From a virus (taxonomy: Duplodnaviria; Caudoviricetes): a stretch of DNA of 64,000 nt. The position numbers were made by a program, and so were the translations under genes. Position 1 is the stretch's first letter; each line of letters begins with the position of its first letter. Where the stretch lies: the IMG/VR virus record IMGVR_UViG_3300028833_003296, positions 1 to 64,000 of that record; one strand, written 5' to 3'. The notes beneath the pieces were generated by a model. It was given only the letters and a program-made list of their open reading frames with translations. It did not search any database and was not told the origin of the DNA. Shown here piece by piece: positions 56,401-64,000 of the stretch.

Positions 56401-58690
56401 GTAAATCAGTATCGAGAGCATTGTAAGCAGACAGGTAAACCGCAGCCCTGCGCTCCCTTGCGTCCGCGTCGTTACCCCGATAGCCAAGCATCACAATCTC
56501 ATCACCGATTGTGGCATCCATCGGGTTTCCGTCCCATAGGGGATTACCGTTGTCCCCGTTTCCTAACCCGTCACATGGTATGGGATTCGCGCCGTCTGTC
56601 GTCGGTATGCCGTTAGGTATGCCATCGTCACCTACAGCCCCATATATCGTAATCCAATGACACGGTACGGTTTCTCCGTTGATGATACGGTCCTCGGTGT
56701 TTTCGCTTACGCTATGTACCACTGCCCAATAATATTTGTTGCTCACATGGCGAGAAGCCTGCCCAACTTGTATTTCCTCCACGGAGTGGAACGACCTGCA
56801 AAGTGCTTGGTCGCCTGGTTTCCATGTCTGGTTAACCCTCTTTCCGTTGCTGTCGCTTGCCTTGAAATAGAGGGTATTCCCTTCAAGCAAGCAACCTGTA
56901 TATTGGTCTGGGTCTTGCGGAAACGTTAAGTCAGCTGCTGCTATGTCCACCACGACAAAACCTTCTGCTGGGGTGAGGAATATGGCTCCTCCAACAGCTC
57001 GAACCCTGTCAATTACCAACTCGAAGAAATGTGCCAAGCCCGTAACGACAAGGTTTTTGGTCTTGATGGAATCAGAGTTGGTGATGTTTCCACTCGTTAT
57101 CTCATCGGCTATGAGATTGGCAAACCAGGCAATGCCTTTTCTGATGCCATTTACCGTCATTTCCTTGATATATCCCCAAGGGTTATTGACTGGGCCGAAC
57201 GATGAACCGGACAAGTGGAAGTTTTCCCGCATGAAGGTAATGGCACCCGATGCCACATCATTGACATCCTTTCTCAATATTTTAAGCCAATCCTGACTGT
57301 CATCGGTCAGCTTACTTGCTTCATCAGCCAAAGCAGCATAAATCTTTTGCGAGTTGGCAAGCAGGTATTTTCCGAACATGCCCAAGGATGCCAACACGGG
57401 AAGATTGGCGTGTGAATGCCCCACACCGCTACCTGAAGAAGAGCCGACACTGCCCAACGACTCAAGCAGGTAACTGAGAATAGCCTCGATGGTCGTAACG
57501 GTCCATTCCTCGGAATAGGGATTCTGAACAGGAAAGAGAGCACCGCTGCTCAGCTGAAGCCGTGGATACTCTGCCAGGCGCGGAGCGATATCTAACGACC
57601 CAAGCTCAGGAACATTTACGTTCAGTGCTTTCCGTGCCCGTGTCCGAGGGAGGTTGAGATATGGGCTGTCTTCTGCATATTTATAGGTGAAAGTATAGGT
57701 GCTTGGAAGTTCCTTTTCTTGATAAGTTACGTCGCTTTCGGTTACGACAATGCGACGGATGGAAGAGTCCACATAGATATACTTGGCTATCGACGGGAAG
57801 AAATCGAGTAACCACAGCCGTTCCTTCTGGTCCAGGTAACCGGTGTTCTTCTTATACTTGCGAACGGTGTCCACCCGATATTCCTCAAAGTTATCCTCTA
57901 TCTCCGCCACGTTGTGCGTATGCTCAGCAGTGTTCTCGCTGTCACCGTATGCCCTGAACGTGTCCATTCCTCCCAGTGAGTTCTCGAAGAGCACCCAAAC
58001 CTCCTCTTCGGATTTCATGTCACTGGGCACGTATCGCTGCACGTATGTCAGTCTTTCCTCATTTGCGTTTTCCGCCCATACGTCGTAGAAAATGGGCATC
58101 TGATCGCAGCTTCCGGCAATGGTGGCATATTGCGTAGGTATGGTCATGCATTGGCCAGCGGTCATCACAGCCAGTGTCAACATCTGCGTTGTGCCATCCT
58201 CGAAATGTGCCAGGCAACGAATGGTGGCATCCACCGTGGCATAATAGGTAAGGAATTCTGGTGAGAGATAGGCCACCTGCTTAACGTTTGGTTGCCATGT
58301 CAGGAAGTTCTGCGTAAGGAAAGACACCACGTCTCCGTCAAAACGGTCAACGCCTGCCCTCAACACTCGGAACTGACATGCTTGCGGTTCACTCGAGCCA
58401 TTGTTGACACCCGACATCTCCACCTTGAAATCCTTCACGATATTCGGCTGAAGATAGGACGACTGGGTATCCTGCAGCTTGAAAGACAGCAAGGGTGCAA
58501 TCACGTTCTTCAGGTCAATCTCGATGCTGTACAAATCACTTGGACTATATGTGTGTTGCAATACGTTTGTCCAACTGCCATCCTCGTTAGCCATGTAGAG
58601 GATGAACGAAATGTCAGACGTGGTATTGACGATAATCTTTTTCAAATTGCCCAGCAGGCTAAGCGAATCAGGATTATTGAGTATTTCCAT
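53459..58690 (-). CDS. Large tail/baseplate protein (~1743 aa)
   Basis: N-terminus homologous to 18352..19395; GGRNLLLNSDF...LEKGNLPTDWRRAEED carbohydrate-binding-like module; -7 box TACATTTG upstream. Confidence 0.65.
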   Translation of the reverse strand: MEILNNPDSLSLLGNLKKIIVNTTSDISFILYMANEDGSWTNVLQHTYSPSDLYSIEIDLKNVIAPLLSFKLQDTQSSYLQPNIVKDFKVEMSGVNNGSSEPQACQFRVLRAGVDRFDGDVVSFLTQNFLTWQPNVKQVAYLSPEFLTYYATVDATIRCLAHFEDGTTQMLTLAVMTAGQCMTIPTQYATIAGSCDQMPIFYDVWAENANEERLTYVQRYVPSDMKSEEEVWVLFENSLGGMDTFRAYGDSENTAEHTHNVAEIEDNFEEYRVDTVRKYKKNTGYLDQKERLWLLDFFPSIAKYIYVDSSIRRIVVTESDVTYQEKELPSTYTFTYKYAEDSPYLNLPRTRARKALNVNVPELGSLDIAPRLAEYPRLQLSSGALFPVQNPYSEEWTVTTIEAILSYLLESLGSVGSSSGSGVGHSHANLPVLASLGMFGKYLLANSQKIYAALADEASKLTDDSQDWLKILRKDVNDVASGAITFMRENFHLSGSSFGPVNNPWGYIKEMTVNGIRKGIAWFANLIADEITSGNITNSDSIKTKNLVVTGLAHFFELVIDRVRAVGGAIFLTPAEGFVVVDIAAADLTFPQDPDQYTGCLLEGNTLYFKASDSNGKRVNQTWKPGDQALCRSFHSVEEIQVGQASRHVSNKYYWAVVHSVSENTEDRIINGETVPCHWITIYGAVGDDGIPNGIPTTDGANPIPCDGLGNGDNGNPLWDGNPMDATIGDEIVMLGYRGNDADARERRAAVYLSAYNALDTDLHAPFLAFYHGINDFNLSSHRKTFFDARDSKIYGKFYALSSSGNDDDLATSVEKILSDDFITGGDAKMQLRQRWDEMVAEYVKLQNQQSSLNFTSISDDNERIYRTFESSFYYLHVFLDNNYSVEGHTSSIIPSWIADENLGTSVNLADADLISGWNAYASRIGLPTATNTLATVHNTLWSTLYHAMGDLERAINAYQMDMINNIASDDIITAKEKAMLRQMFANEVAQYFDLLGALDSFNGTIQKTVGGSQVTVTIDELKTALNALGTYLNNDSSWKVAAEDGDAPGISYWDTYPSLIDTQNNVASTTITSAVFNEKWEDVFNARQTLSTDIANARQKSINDMSAEIEQPHTFVQSEDPLQRPPSDVTVKVGDYWYVRQNLTDPITREFLEGDYYDQYICYEKTEGNTTRLAWRQLYSAQAAVVSVTDRIYQAVFSLTADSSILQLLNSITETVNGRTIGGRNLLLNSDFKERENNAPKRYEKFGNVYLALGSTDEPAPFTESLLVTVNEAGKGLCIPSDATKQPNLKLEDDADYILSFYVKLADNQETVPTIQVRRGNPANAVVIPDGSSAIPPTWKRLCFTIKGDGQILPMYITKQGTGSFRIVGLQLEKGNLPTDWRRAEEDWQGQIDLTKDQINLRVTRNGLEQAGVRINGNNQSVTIIGKKTEIEGDLDLQGLTTENVTVVGYDDYYYPVIINMGEFMDPSDVANVTVKSVQFKARNEALNGNNTSEPRVVALPFYDSIIEVKDNYNQYSQYDWKGDTILAFPDNGIVVGEKTVYPFRLFDNNGVHDSKKWVMAYRRNGTRLTIVNEADTFTANWPTLLTNPNSQYIEALRGNAVMVCADPRIIAFENIEYDGNENKQLIPNTTEDLYKWNAGLFFCGGYQARFIALLPGQSLQLRSQIMRIDTYQEVLVWVVENPSEFVPMTKPLSCNEIMIYDGSAPTYSPTNSHRGIDDCWMGHPVLNLYEGERTLNITTRG

Positions 58691-58747
58691 TGCAAATGTA
58701 TTTTTCCACAAAGTTAGGGTGTTTTCGTATAACTGAAAAGGACACCC

Positions 58748-60883
58748 CTAACTGGAAGGAACAACCATAAGATATACCGTCGTACGCGTGTAAGTACCAT
58801 CGACAATCGTATATGATGTTTGCTCATAATAGCGATGGGCAATCATGTATGCACTTGGAACCGGTGGATAAATGACGCGGAATGTCCGCTCCTTGTCTGC
58901 CCCCGAATTGTTGTATTCACTCTCTGATACGCTCTGCCTGTCACCCATGGCAGCCCATTGGTACTGTGCTTTCATGATGGGCAGTACGTCATCAACGTCG
59001 GGAGCTTTGGAGAAAGAGTCGTCAACATGGTACCGCAACGACCGGAACTCACATTCCATCGGACCGTCATTACCGCCAAGGATGAACTTCAATTTCCCAA
59101 CCAGGAAGGGAACGCCTCTTACCGTGACCTTGGAATGGGCAGGCAACGTCTGTTTTTTCGATTGCGGGAGCAGCAGGTTCATCTTCACCGTCTGCAGGGC
59201 GTTTCGCAAAAGCGTATCGTATTCACGGTAGAACTTTTCGAAGATGCCACACGGTCCATAATAATACAAGGCATAACCATACCATATAGACAAAGGAATG
59301 TCATAATTCCACAAGGGTCCCGAAAACCACTTGTCGATCGACGAGAGTGAACCCTTGGTATAGGCGTTGGAATAGCCAGGGTTCATGATATACGAGAATG
59401 CAAGCATCGGGAGAAGTTTGTTGGAATCCTCTTCGGCCTCGCCACCTTCAGCATCATAAACCTCCAACTTGGAGTTAAGCGTAGTGTATTTACCCACATA
59501 GAGCCATTTGCCAAACGTGAAGTCAGCACTTGGAAGCAAGGAAGGAACACCCTCCCATGTCTGGGTTCTCGGTTTCAGTACTCGATACTCAGGAATGCAG
59601 TCAGGAATCTCCACCTTCTCCGCTTCAATATCCTCACCGGTGTCGTATGGCATGGATGCGTCTGCCACCTTCACCTTGACGCGGTTGAAACCCGAGAAGC
59701 CGTCCTTATAGAATGCTCCCGTATATGGATCCAAGTAGGCAGAGGGATTGTCGGCTATAAGCGAAGAGATGTTGTCGTACGTGGTGGCATTCTCATCGTC
59801 ACCGTCGGTACCGAGAGTTTTCTTGGAAGACAGCACGATTCGCTTGTAATCCTTGGGGGCCTTGTACTCAACGGTCGGCTCATCCGTCAGGCAATCCGTA
59901 AGATCCAGCGAAGAATTTGATGCCAATACGTCTTTCAGGAATATGACATTAGCCGTGCGAGTGCCTTCATCCGACGTAAATTCACAGCAAAACTTCTTGC
60001 GAAACACCGTAAGAAACTCTGTGCAAGTAACGTCTGGCAGCAAGTCGGCAATCTTGAGCTGCCCGTTTACGATTGGGTCTATCACGTTGTTCAACAGCAC
60101 CATGTCAACGAAAGGTTCGGTCTCACTGAAGAAGTTGGATTGCAACGTATAGCCGAAATGCTTGAATATCCTCGACAACACATAATTCGTCTTGACGAAG
60201 GGTGAGATGTAATAACCAGGAGTAATCGTGATGGGAACCTGGTTCACGTATTCCGTTCGCTGATAAGCTCCGTAGAAATCACAGGTATCCCCTATTCCGT
60301 TAGGATAGTTTGTTCCTGGCCTGTTGTCTATATCTTTAAATATGGTGCAATAGGCATTGATAACCTTGTAGTTTAAGCCTTCGTCCATACCAGAGTCATC
60401 ATCCACGAGTACGGGGAATATCGCCAAGCGGTCGGAATAACGGCTCCTACCCAATCGTAACTTCCGGCATTCCTCAATGGCTGATTGCACTCGCGCCTCG
60501 ATGTTGTTGCCGCCAAATTGTATGATATCGTCTGCAAATATCTCTTTCAGGCGAACGTTTTGTATGCGCGAATAGAAAGAACCGTCATTGATGTAGAACG
60601 ACGTGGAGATATTGCCCTTGTGTTTGGCCGACAACACGAACTGCCTGCACTGGGCGTAATACTCACCGTCTTGTATGCTGGCGCGGATGGCCTTTGCCTT
60701 GGATTGCGAAGCCAACAAGTCAGGATAGCCAAGGATTCGACGGTTGTGGTCAGAGGCGGGCAGGTCAACGGGTACCGTTTGCTCGCCATACTCATAGAAA
60801 AAGGGATTGGTGCGTTCCACCTCAATCTGCGCACCCTCTGCGAGCTCGTAAGGCTCTCCCTTGTCAAGATTGGTTATTCTCAT
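58748..60883 (-). CDS. Minor tail (hub/distal-type) protein
   Basis: Follows the tape measure; NPFFYEYGEQTVPVDLP and LPDVTC.EFL..FRKKF motifs. Confidence 0.6.
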   Translation of the reverse strand: MRITNLDKGEPYELAEGAQIEVERTNPFFYEYGEQTVPVDLPASDHNRRILGYPDLLASQSKAKAIRASIQDGEYYAQCRQFVLSAKHKGNISTSFYINDGSFYSRIQNVRLKEIFADDIIQFGGNNIEARVQSAIEECRKLRLGRSRYSDRLAIFPVLVDDDSGMDEGLNYKVINAYCTIFKDIDNRPGTNYPNGIGDTCDFYGAYQRTEYVNQVPITITPGYYISPFVKTNYVLSRIFKHFGYTLQSNFFSETEPFVDMVLLNNVIDPIVNGQLKIADLLPDVTCTEFLTVFRKKFCCEFTSDEGTRTANVIFLKDVLASNSSLDLTDCLTDEPTVEYKAPKDYKRIVLSSKKTLGTDGDDENATTYDNISSLIADNPSAYLDPYTGAFYKDGFSGFNRVKVKVADASMPYDTGEDIEAEKVEIPDCIPEYRVLKPRTQTWEGVPSLLPSADFTFGKWLYVGKYTTLNSKLEVYDAEGGEAEEDSNKLLPMLAFSYIMNPGYSNAYTKGSLSSIDKWFSGPLWNYDIPLSIWYGYALYYYGPCGIFEKFYREYDTLLRNALQTVKMNLLLPQSKKQTLPAHSKVTVRGVPFLVGKLKFILGGNDGPMECEFRSLRYHVDDSFSKAPDVDDVLPIMKAQYQWAAMGDRQSVSESEYNNSGADKERTFRVIYPPVPSAYMIAHRYYEQTSYTIVDGTYTRTTVYLMVVPSS

Positions 60884-63800
60884 GTCTTACTTCCTATTTT
60901 GCGTGACTGACTGCGTAGTTTTTGTTGTGCGTCGAGCTCGTCAAGGGCCACGAACGACTTGATGCCCCTTGTCTCCAGTCTCTCCAGAACGGAGAGCAAC
61001 CTCGTTATGGTTTCGGGATTGACGGTCTCCATCTGATTGGTACGCACCACGACGGTACCGCCATTGACACCTTTGGCTGCTGGTTGACTCCCTTGTGCAT
61101 GCCCCGTCATGTAGCCACCCTGTTGCAATCCGCGCACTTGTTGCTGCAGCAAATACTTGCGCATGTCAAGCGTACTGATGGTACCAACACGCTGCGCACG
61201 GTCAATGATGTCAATGAGTGGGGCGACCGTTGGATTGGTGACTGCGGCATTGCTTGCCACCCACTCACGGCTTTTCCCCGTAGGACCTTCACCGACGATA
61301 ACAGTAGGATGGTCAATATACCCGCGTTTGAGCGGATCGTATTTGGCATGGAACATCTTACCGTCTTGCTTGCGTTCTATGTCCATGCTGCCACCACTGG
61401 CGAGACCAGTTGCCATGGGAGCGTCCTTATCCGTCTCCTTGCGACGCTTCTGGGGTTCCTTATTCTTTGGAACGGGAATGCCTTCGCTTTTCTCGTCGAT
61501 GGAACCGCCATCCTCAAGACCCGTGGCGACACGGGAACCCGACACCTGGTTAGACGACGTAGCACCGCTAAGAGTCATTCGCTTCACCTTCTCTCGCTCT
61601 GCATTGGCTGCAGCCAACTGTGCCGCACCCGTCACTCCCATCAGGGCTGCAGCGATGGGACCTGCAATGGGACCGAGTTCCGATATCGCCTTCATGATGC
61701 TGACGGCGGTATCGGCAATGATCTGCGAAGCCTTGATGGCAAAGTTGACATCCGCGTATTTCTTTTGAATCTTCAGCTTCTCGTTGGCTTTCTTGTTCTC
61801 TATGTCGGTGGTATCCTCCCCAGCTTGGCGAGCTGCCTCTATCTCCGCATCGTACTTGGCATCCACATTGGCAATCTCCGCTTCCTGAAGGGCAGAAAAC
61901 GCTGAGCCGAAGAGCTGGGAGTAATAGTCGAACTGCTGCTTCCAGGATTCCATTTTCAGGTTTTTCAGAGCATCTTGATAGTCAACTTCAGAGAGGAACC
62001 CTTCGTCGCGCTGTTCCTGCAGCTGCAGTTTTTGCTTCTCGAAGATTTCCTTTTGGGATATAAGACCATATTGCTCACGGATGGAGAATATCTTATTCTC
62101 ACGGTCTCTCTCCATGTTTTTAACCGCTTCATTGTATTGCTCCTGGGTGAGCTTCTTTTGTTTCAGGTGCTCTCTCAGCAAAGCCAATTCTCGCTCATAC
62201 TGCTCTTGTGCCTTCACAAGTCCGTATTGCTCACGAATGTTGTATTGGGTTTGAGCCGTACTTTCCTCATAATCCCTAATCAGCTTAGCCTTGGCTTGCT
62301 CATACGCCTGGGTAATGCCGTTCACGTCCTCCCCATGAGCCTTGGCATAGTCAACGGCAGCCTTGTAGTAGGCTTCCAGTGCATCAAGTTGCAGTTTATG
62401 GTTGCGTTCACGTCTCTCTTCTTCTGTCATGGCAGCTTCGCTAAGCTGCTTCTGCGCATCGTAGTATTGCTGCATGGCATCAAGATGTTTTTGCTGGAAT
62501 GCCCGACGTGCCTTCTCCTCATTGTCTTGTTGTTGTAAGACGATGCGTTGTTTGTCGTTGCTGTCCTTGATCTGCAGCTGACGTGCCTTTTCAGTAAATC
62601 CCTTCTCAATGTCATAAATCTTTGCTGTATGAGCCATCTCCATGGCCAAAGCTTGGGAATTGTATTGCTCCTGGCTGATTTTCCTCTGGATAAGGTTCTG
62701 CTTGAGAGCCTCCATTGCCTGATTGTAGAGTTTCTCTTGTGCATCCAGTTCTGCATTGCGTTCGTTGGCGAATGCGGATTTTTGTTCCTGTCCCACCTTG
62801 TCAGCGCTACTCCCAGTGTTTTTCTCATGGTTCAAGAAAGTGGGATTCAGAATCGACTGTCCTTGCCCGCCATTCTCCTTGACTATCTTCCAAAGCCTGT
62901 CGTTCTGTGCCGAATAGGCTTTCACTATGGCTTCCTCTTTCCTGATTATCTGGGTACGATCTGCAATGCCCCTTTGTTGCACTTTCAGATATTCAGTCTT
63001 GTCTCCAGGATCCCACGCGTAATTGAGCTTCACTCGGTCAAGTTGACCTTTGTCGTTATGAACATCGTTGAAACGAACCATGCCATCGTCACCAATATTC
63101 TGAGTGTCCAAGTCCACGCCAGTCTTCCTCTTGGCATTAGCCTTGATATTGGTCACGTTTTGTTTCTGTTGGTCGATATTGTCCTGGGCATCCATGATCT
63201 TGCGCTGGTTCTCCTTGATACGCTCGTATGCCACCTCTGCAAGTGCAGCCTGTTTCAATTTATTGATATACGAGTCTATGATCTTCGTGTTTTGCTTGAA
63301 AAGGTTTCCCTCTCCGTTGATGGATGCATGATATCCTGGTACCAGCTTCTGCAAGTCCTGTATGGCAGCCTTACGTTTGTCGTATGATTCGTTGGCATCG
63401 TTGATGGTCTTGCGAAGCGACTTAATCTTGGTAATCTGCTCCGATGTGGTATCGTTGACACTCTTCTTGATGCTGTTGTTCTGTGCTTGGATATCTTCTG
63501 CAAGTTTTTTGTGTAAAGACATAAAGTCAACAACAGCCTTAGAAGCCTCCTTATTACGGGTTATCCATCCATAGAGAGCCGTTCCTGCTGCAATGATGGC
63601 AGTTGCCAATGCCACATAGACGTTGGCCTTACATGTCTTATTGAACAATTTCATGGCAGCAGTGGCTCGCGTGGTGTTACCGCTGAACGTGGCTATGGCA
63701 GCACTCATGAGCAAGCCAATGCCCCTCATGGTGGTGGCTGCTGTCTGCCAGGCTATGGTAACGGCGCGAGCTACTTTGGTCTGTACGATATAATTCCTGA

Positions 63801-64000
63801 TTTGCGCATTGAGTGCTATCATGGCCACACTGAATCCCATAACGGCCACGGTGACTGCCAACATGGTTTTCCTATGCGTGAGCAGATAGGTGATAGCTTT
63901 CAAGATGTTTATCTGGAAGCCACCGAAAGTCTCATCTATCGCTTCTTTCCATGGGAGCAATGCCTGACCGAGTCTCATTTGGGCATTCTGCAAATCCGTG
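60880..64000 (-). CDS. Tail tape measure protein (5' end outside the window)
   Basis: Open to the window edge; coiled coil with C-terminal GL..GG...EWVASNAAV.NP..P.I..ID.AQR.G motif as in prophage 1. Confidence 0.85.
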   Translation of the reverse strand, partial: TDLQNAQMRLGQALLPWKEAIDETFGGFQINILKAITYLLTHRKTMLAVTVAVMGFSVAMIALNAQIRNYIVQTKVARAVTIAWQTAATTMRGIGLLMSAAIATFSGNTTRATAAMKLFNKTCKANVYVALATAIIAAGTALYGWITRNKEASKAVVDFMSLHKKLAEDIQAQNNSIKKSVNDTTSEQITKIKSLRKTINDANESYDKRKAAIQDLQKLVPGYHASINGEGNLFKQNTKIIDSYINKLKQAALAEVAYERIKENQRKIMDAQDNIDQQKQNVTNIKANAKRKTGVDLDTQNIGDDGMVRFNDVHNDKGQLDRVKLNYAWDPGDKTEYLKVQQRGIADRTQIIRKEEAIVKAYSAQNDRLWKIVKENGGQGQSILNPTFLNHEKNTGSSADKVGQEQKSAFANERNAELDAQEKLYNQAMEALKQNLIQRKISQEQYNSQALAMEMAHTAKIYDIEKGFTEKARQLQIKDSNDKQRIVLQQQDNEEKARRAFQQKHLDAMQQYYDAQKQLSEAAMTEEERRERNHKLQLDALEAYYKAAVDYAKAHGEDVNGITQAYEQAKAKLIRDYEESTAQTQYNIREQYGLVKAQEQYERELALLREHLKQKKLTQEQYNEAVKNMERDRENKIFSIREQYGLISQKEIFEKQKLQLQEQRDEGFLSEVDYQDALKNLKMESWKQQFDYYSQLFGSAFSALQEAEIANVDAKYDAEIEAARQAGEDTTDIENKKANEKLKIQKKYADVNFAIKASQIIADTAVSIMKAISELGPIAGPIAAALMGVTGAAQLAAANAEREKVKRMTLSGATSSNQVSGSRVATGLEDGGSIDEKSEGIPVPKNKEPQKRRKETDKDAPMATGLASGGSMDIERKQDGKMFHAKYDPLKRGYIDHPTVIVGEGPTGKSREWVASNAAVTNPTVAPLIDIIDRAQRVGTISTLDMRKYLLQQQVRGLQQGGYMTGHAQGSQPAAKGVNGGTVVVRTNQMETVNPETITRLLSVLERLETRGIKSFVALDELDAQQKLRSQSRKIGSKT

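Larger units (their letters stand above)
47602..64000. mobile_element. Prophage 2 (left part; continues beyond the window)
   Basis: Second att junction, paralogous integrase, tail spike, tail proteins and tape measure. Confidence 0.9.

Overview
Bacteroidales (Prevotella-like) chromosome. 1-5.5 kb is host DNA: two tandem Na+/Pi cotransporter paralogs with Pho-box-like repeats, then an OmpR/PhoB-type response regulator and sensor kinase. A tRNA-Pro(GGG) at 5853-5928 is the integration site for two related siphovirus-like prophages in tandem. Prophage 1 (about 5910-47619, 41.7 kb, apparently near-complete) carries an integrase, tail, tape measure, lysis cassette, esterase tail spike, portal, accessory region, terminase, capsid and protease, iteron origin, primase-helicase, serine recombinase and repressors. 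Prophage 2 starts at a 67-bp duplicate of the tRNA 3' end plus phage arm (47602-47668) and runs off the window; it shows a paralogous integrase, SGNH tail spike, tail proteins and a partial tape measure. No CRISPR array, reverse transcriptase or IS transposase was recognised. The most interesting non-standard signals are: (i) an NYN RNase preceded by a promoter-bounded, highly structured ~95-nt RNA leader (candidate RNA-antitoxin or defence system); (ii) two stacked cargo cassettes bounded by the same flanking repeats; (iii) a 20-aa peptide ORF with a convergent antisense promoter (type I TA-like); (iv) an exact 71-bp direct repeat bracketing the replication and packaging module; (v) U-rich sRNA-like units; and (vi) RiPP-leader-like peptides in both prophages. 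All calls come from motif reading only; no database searches were run.
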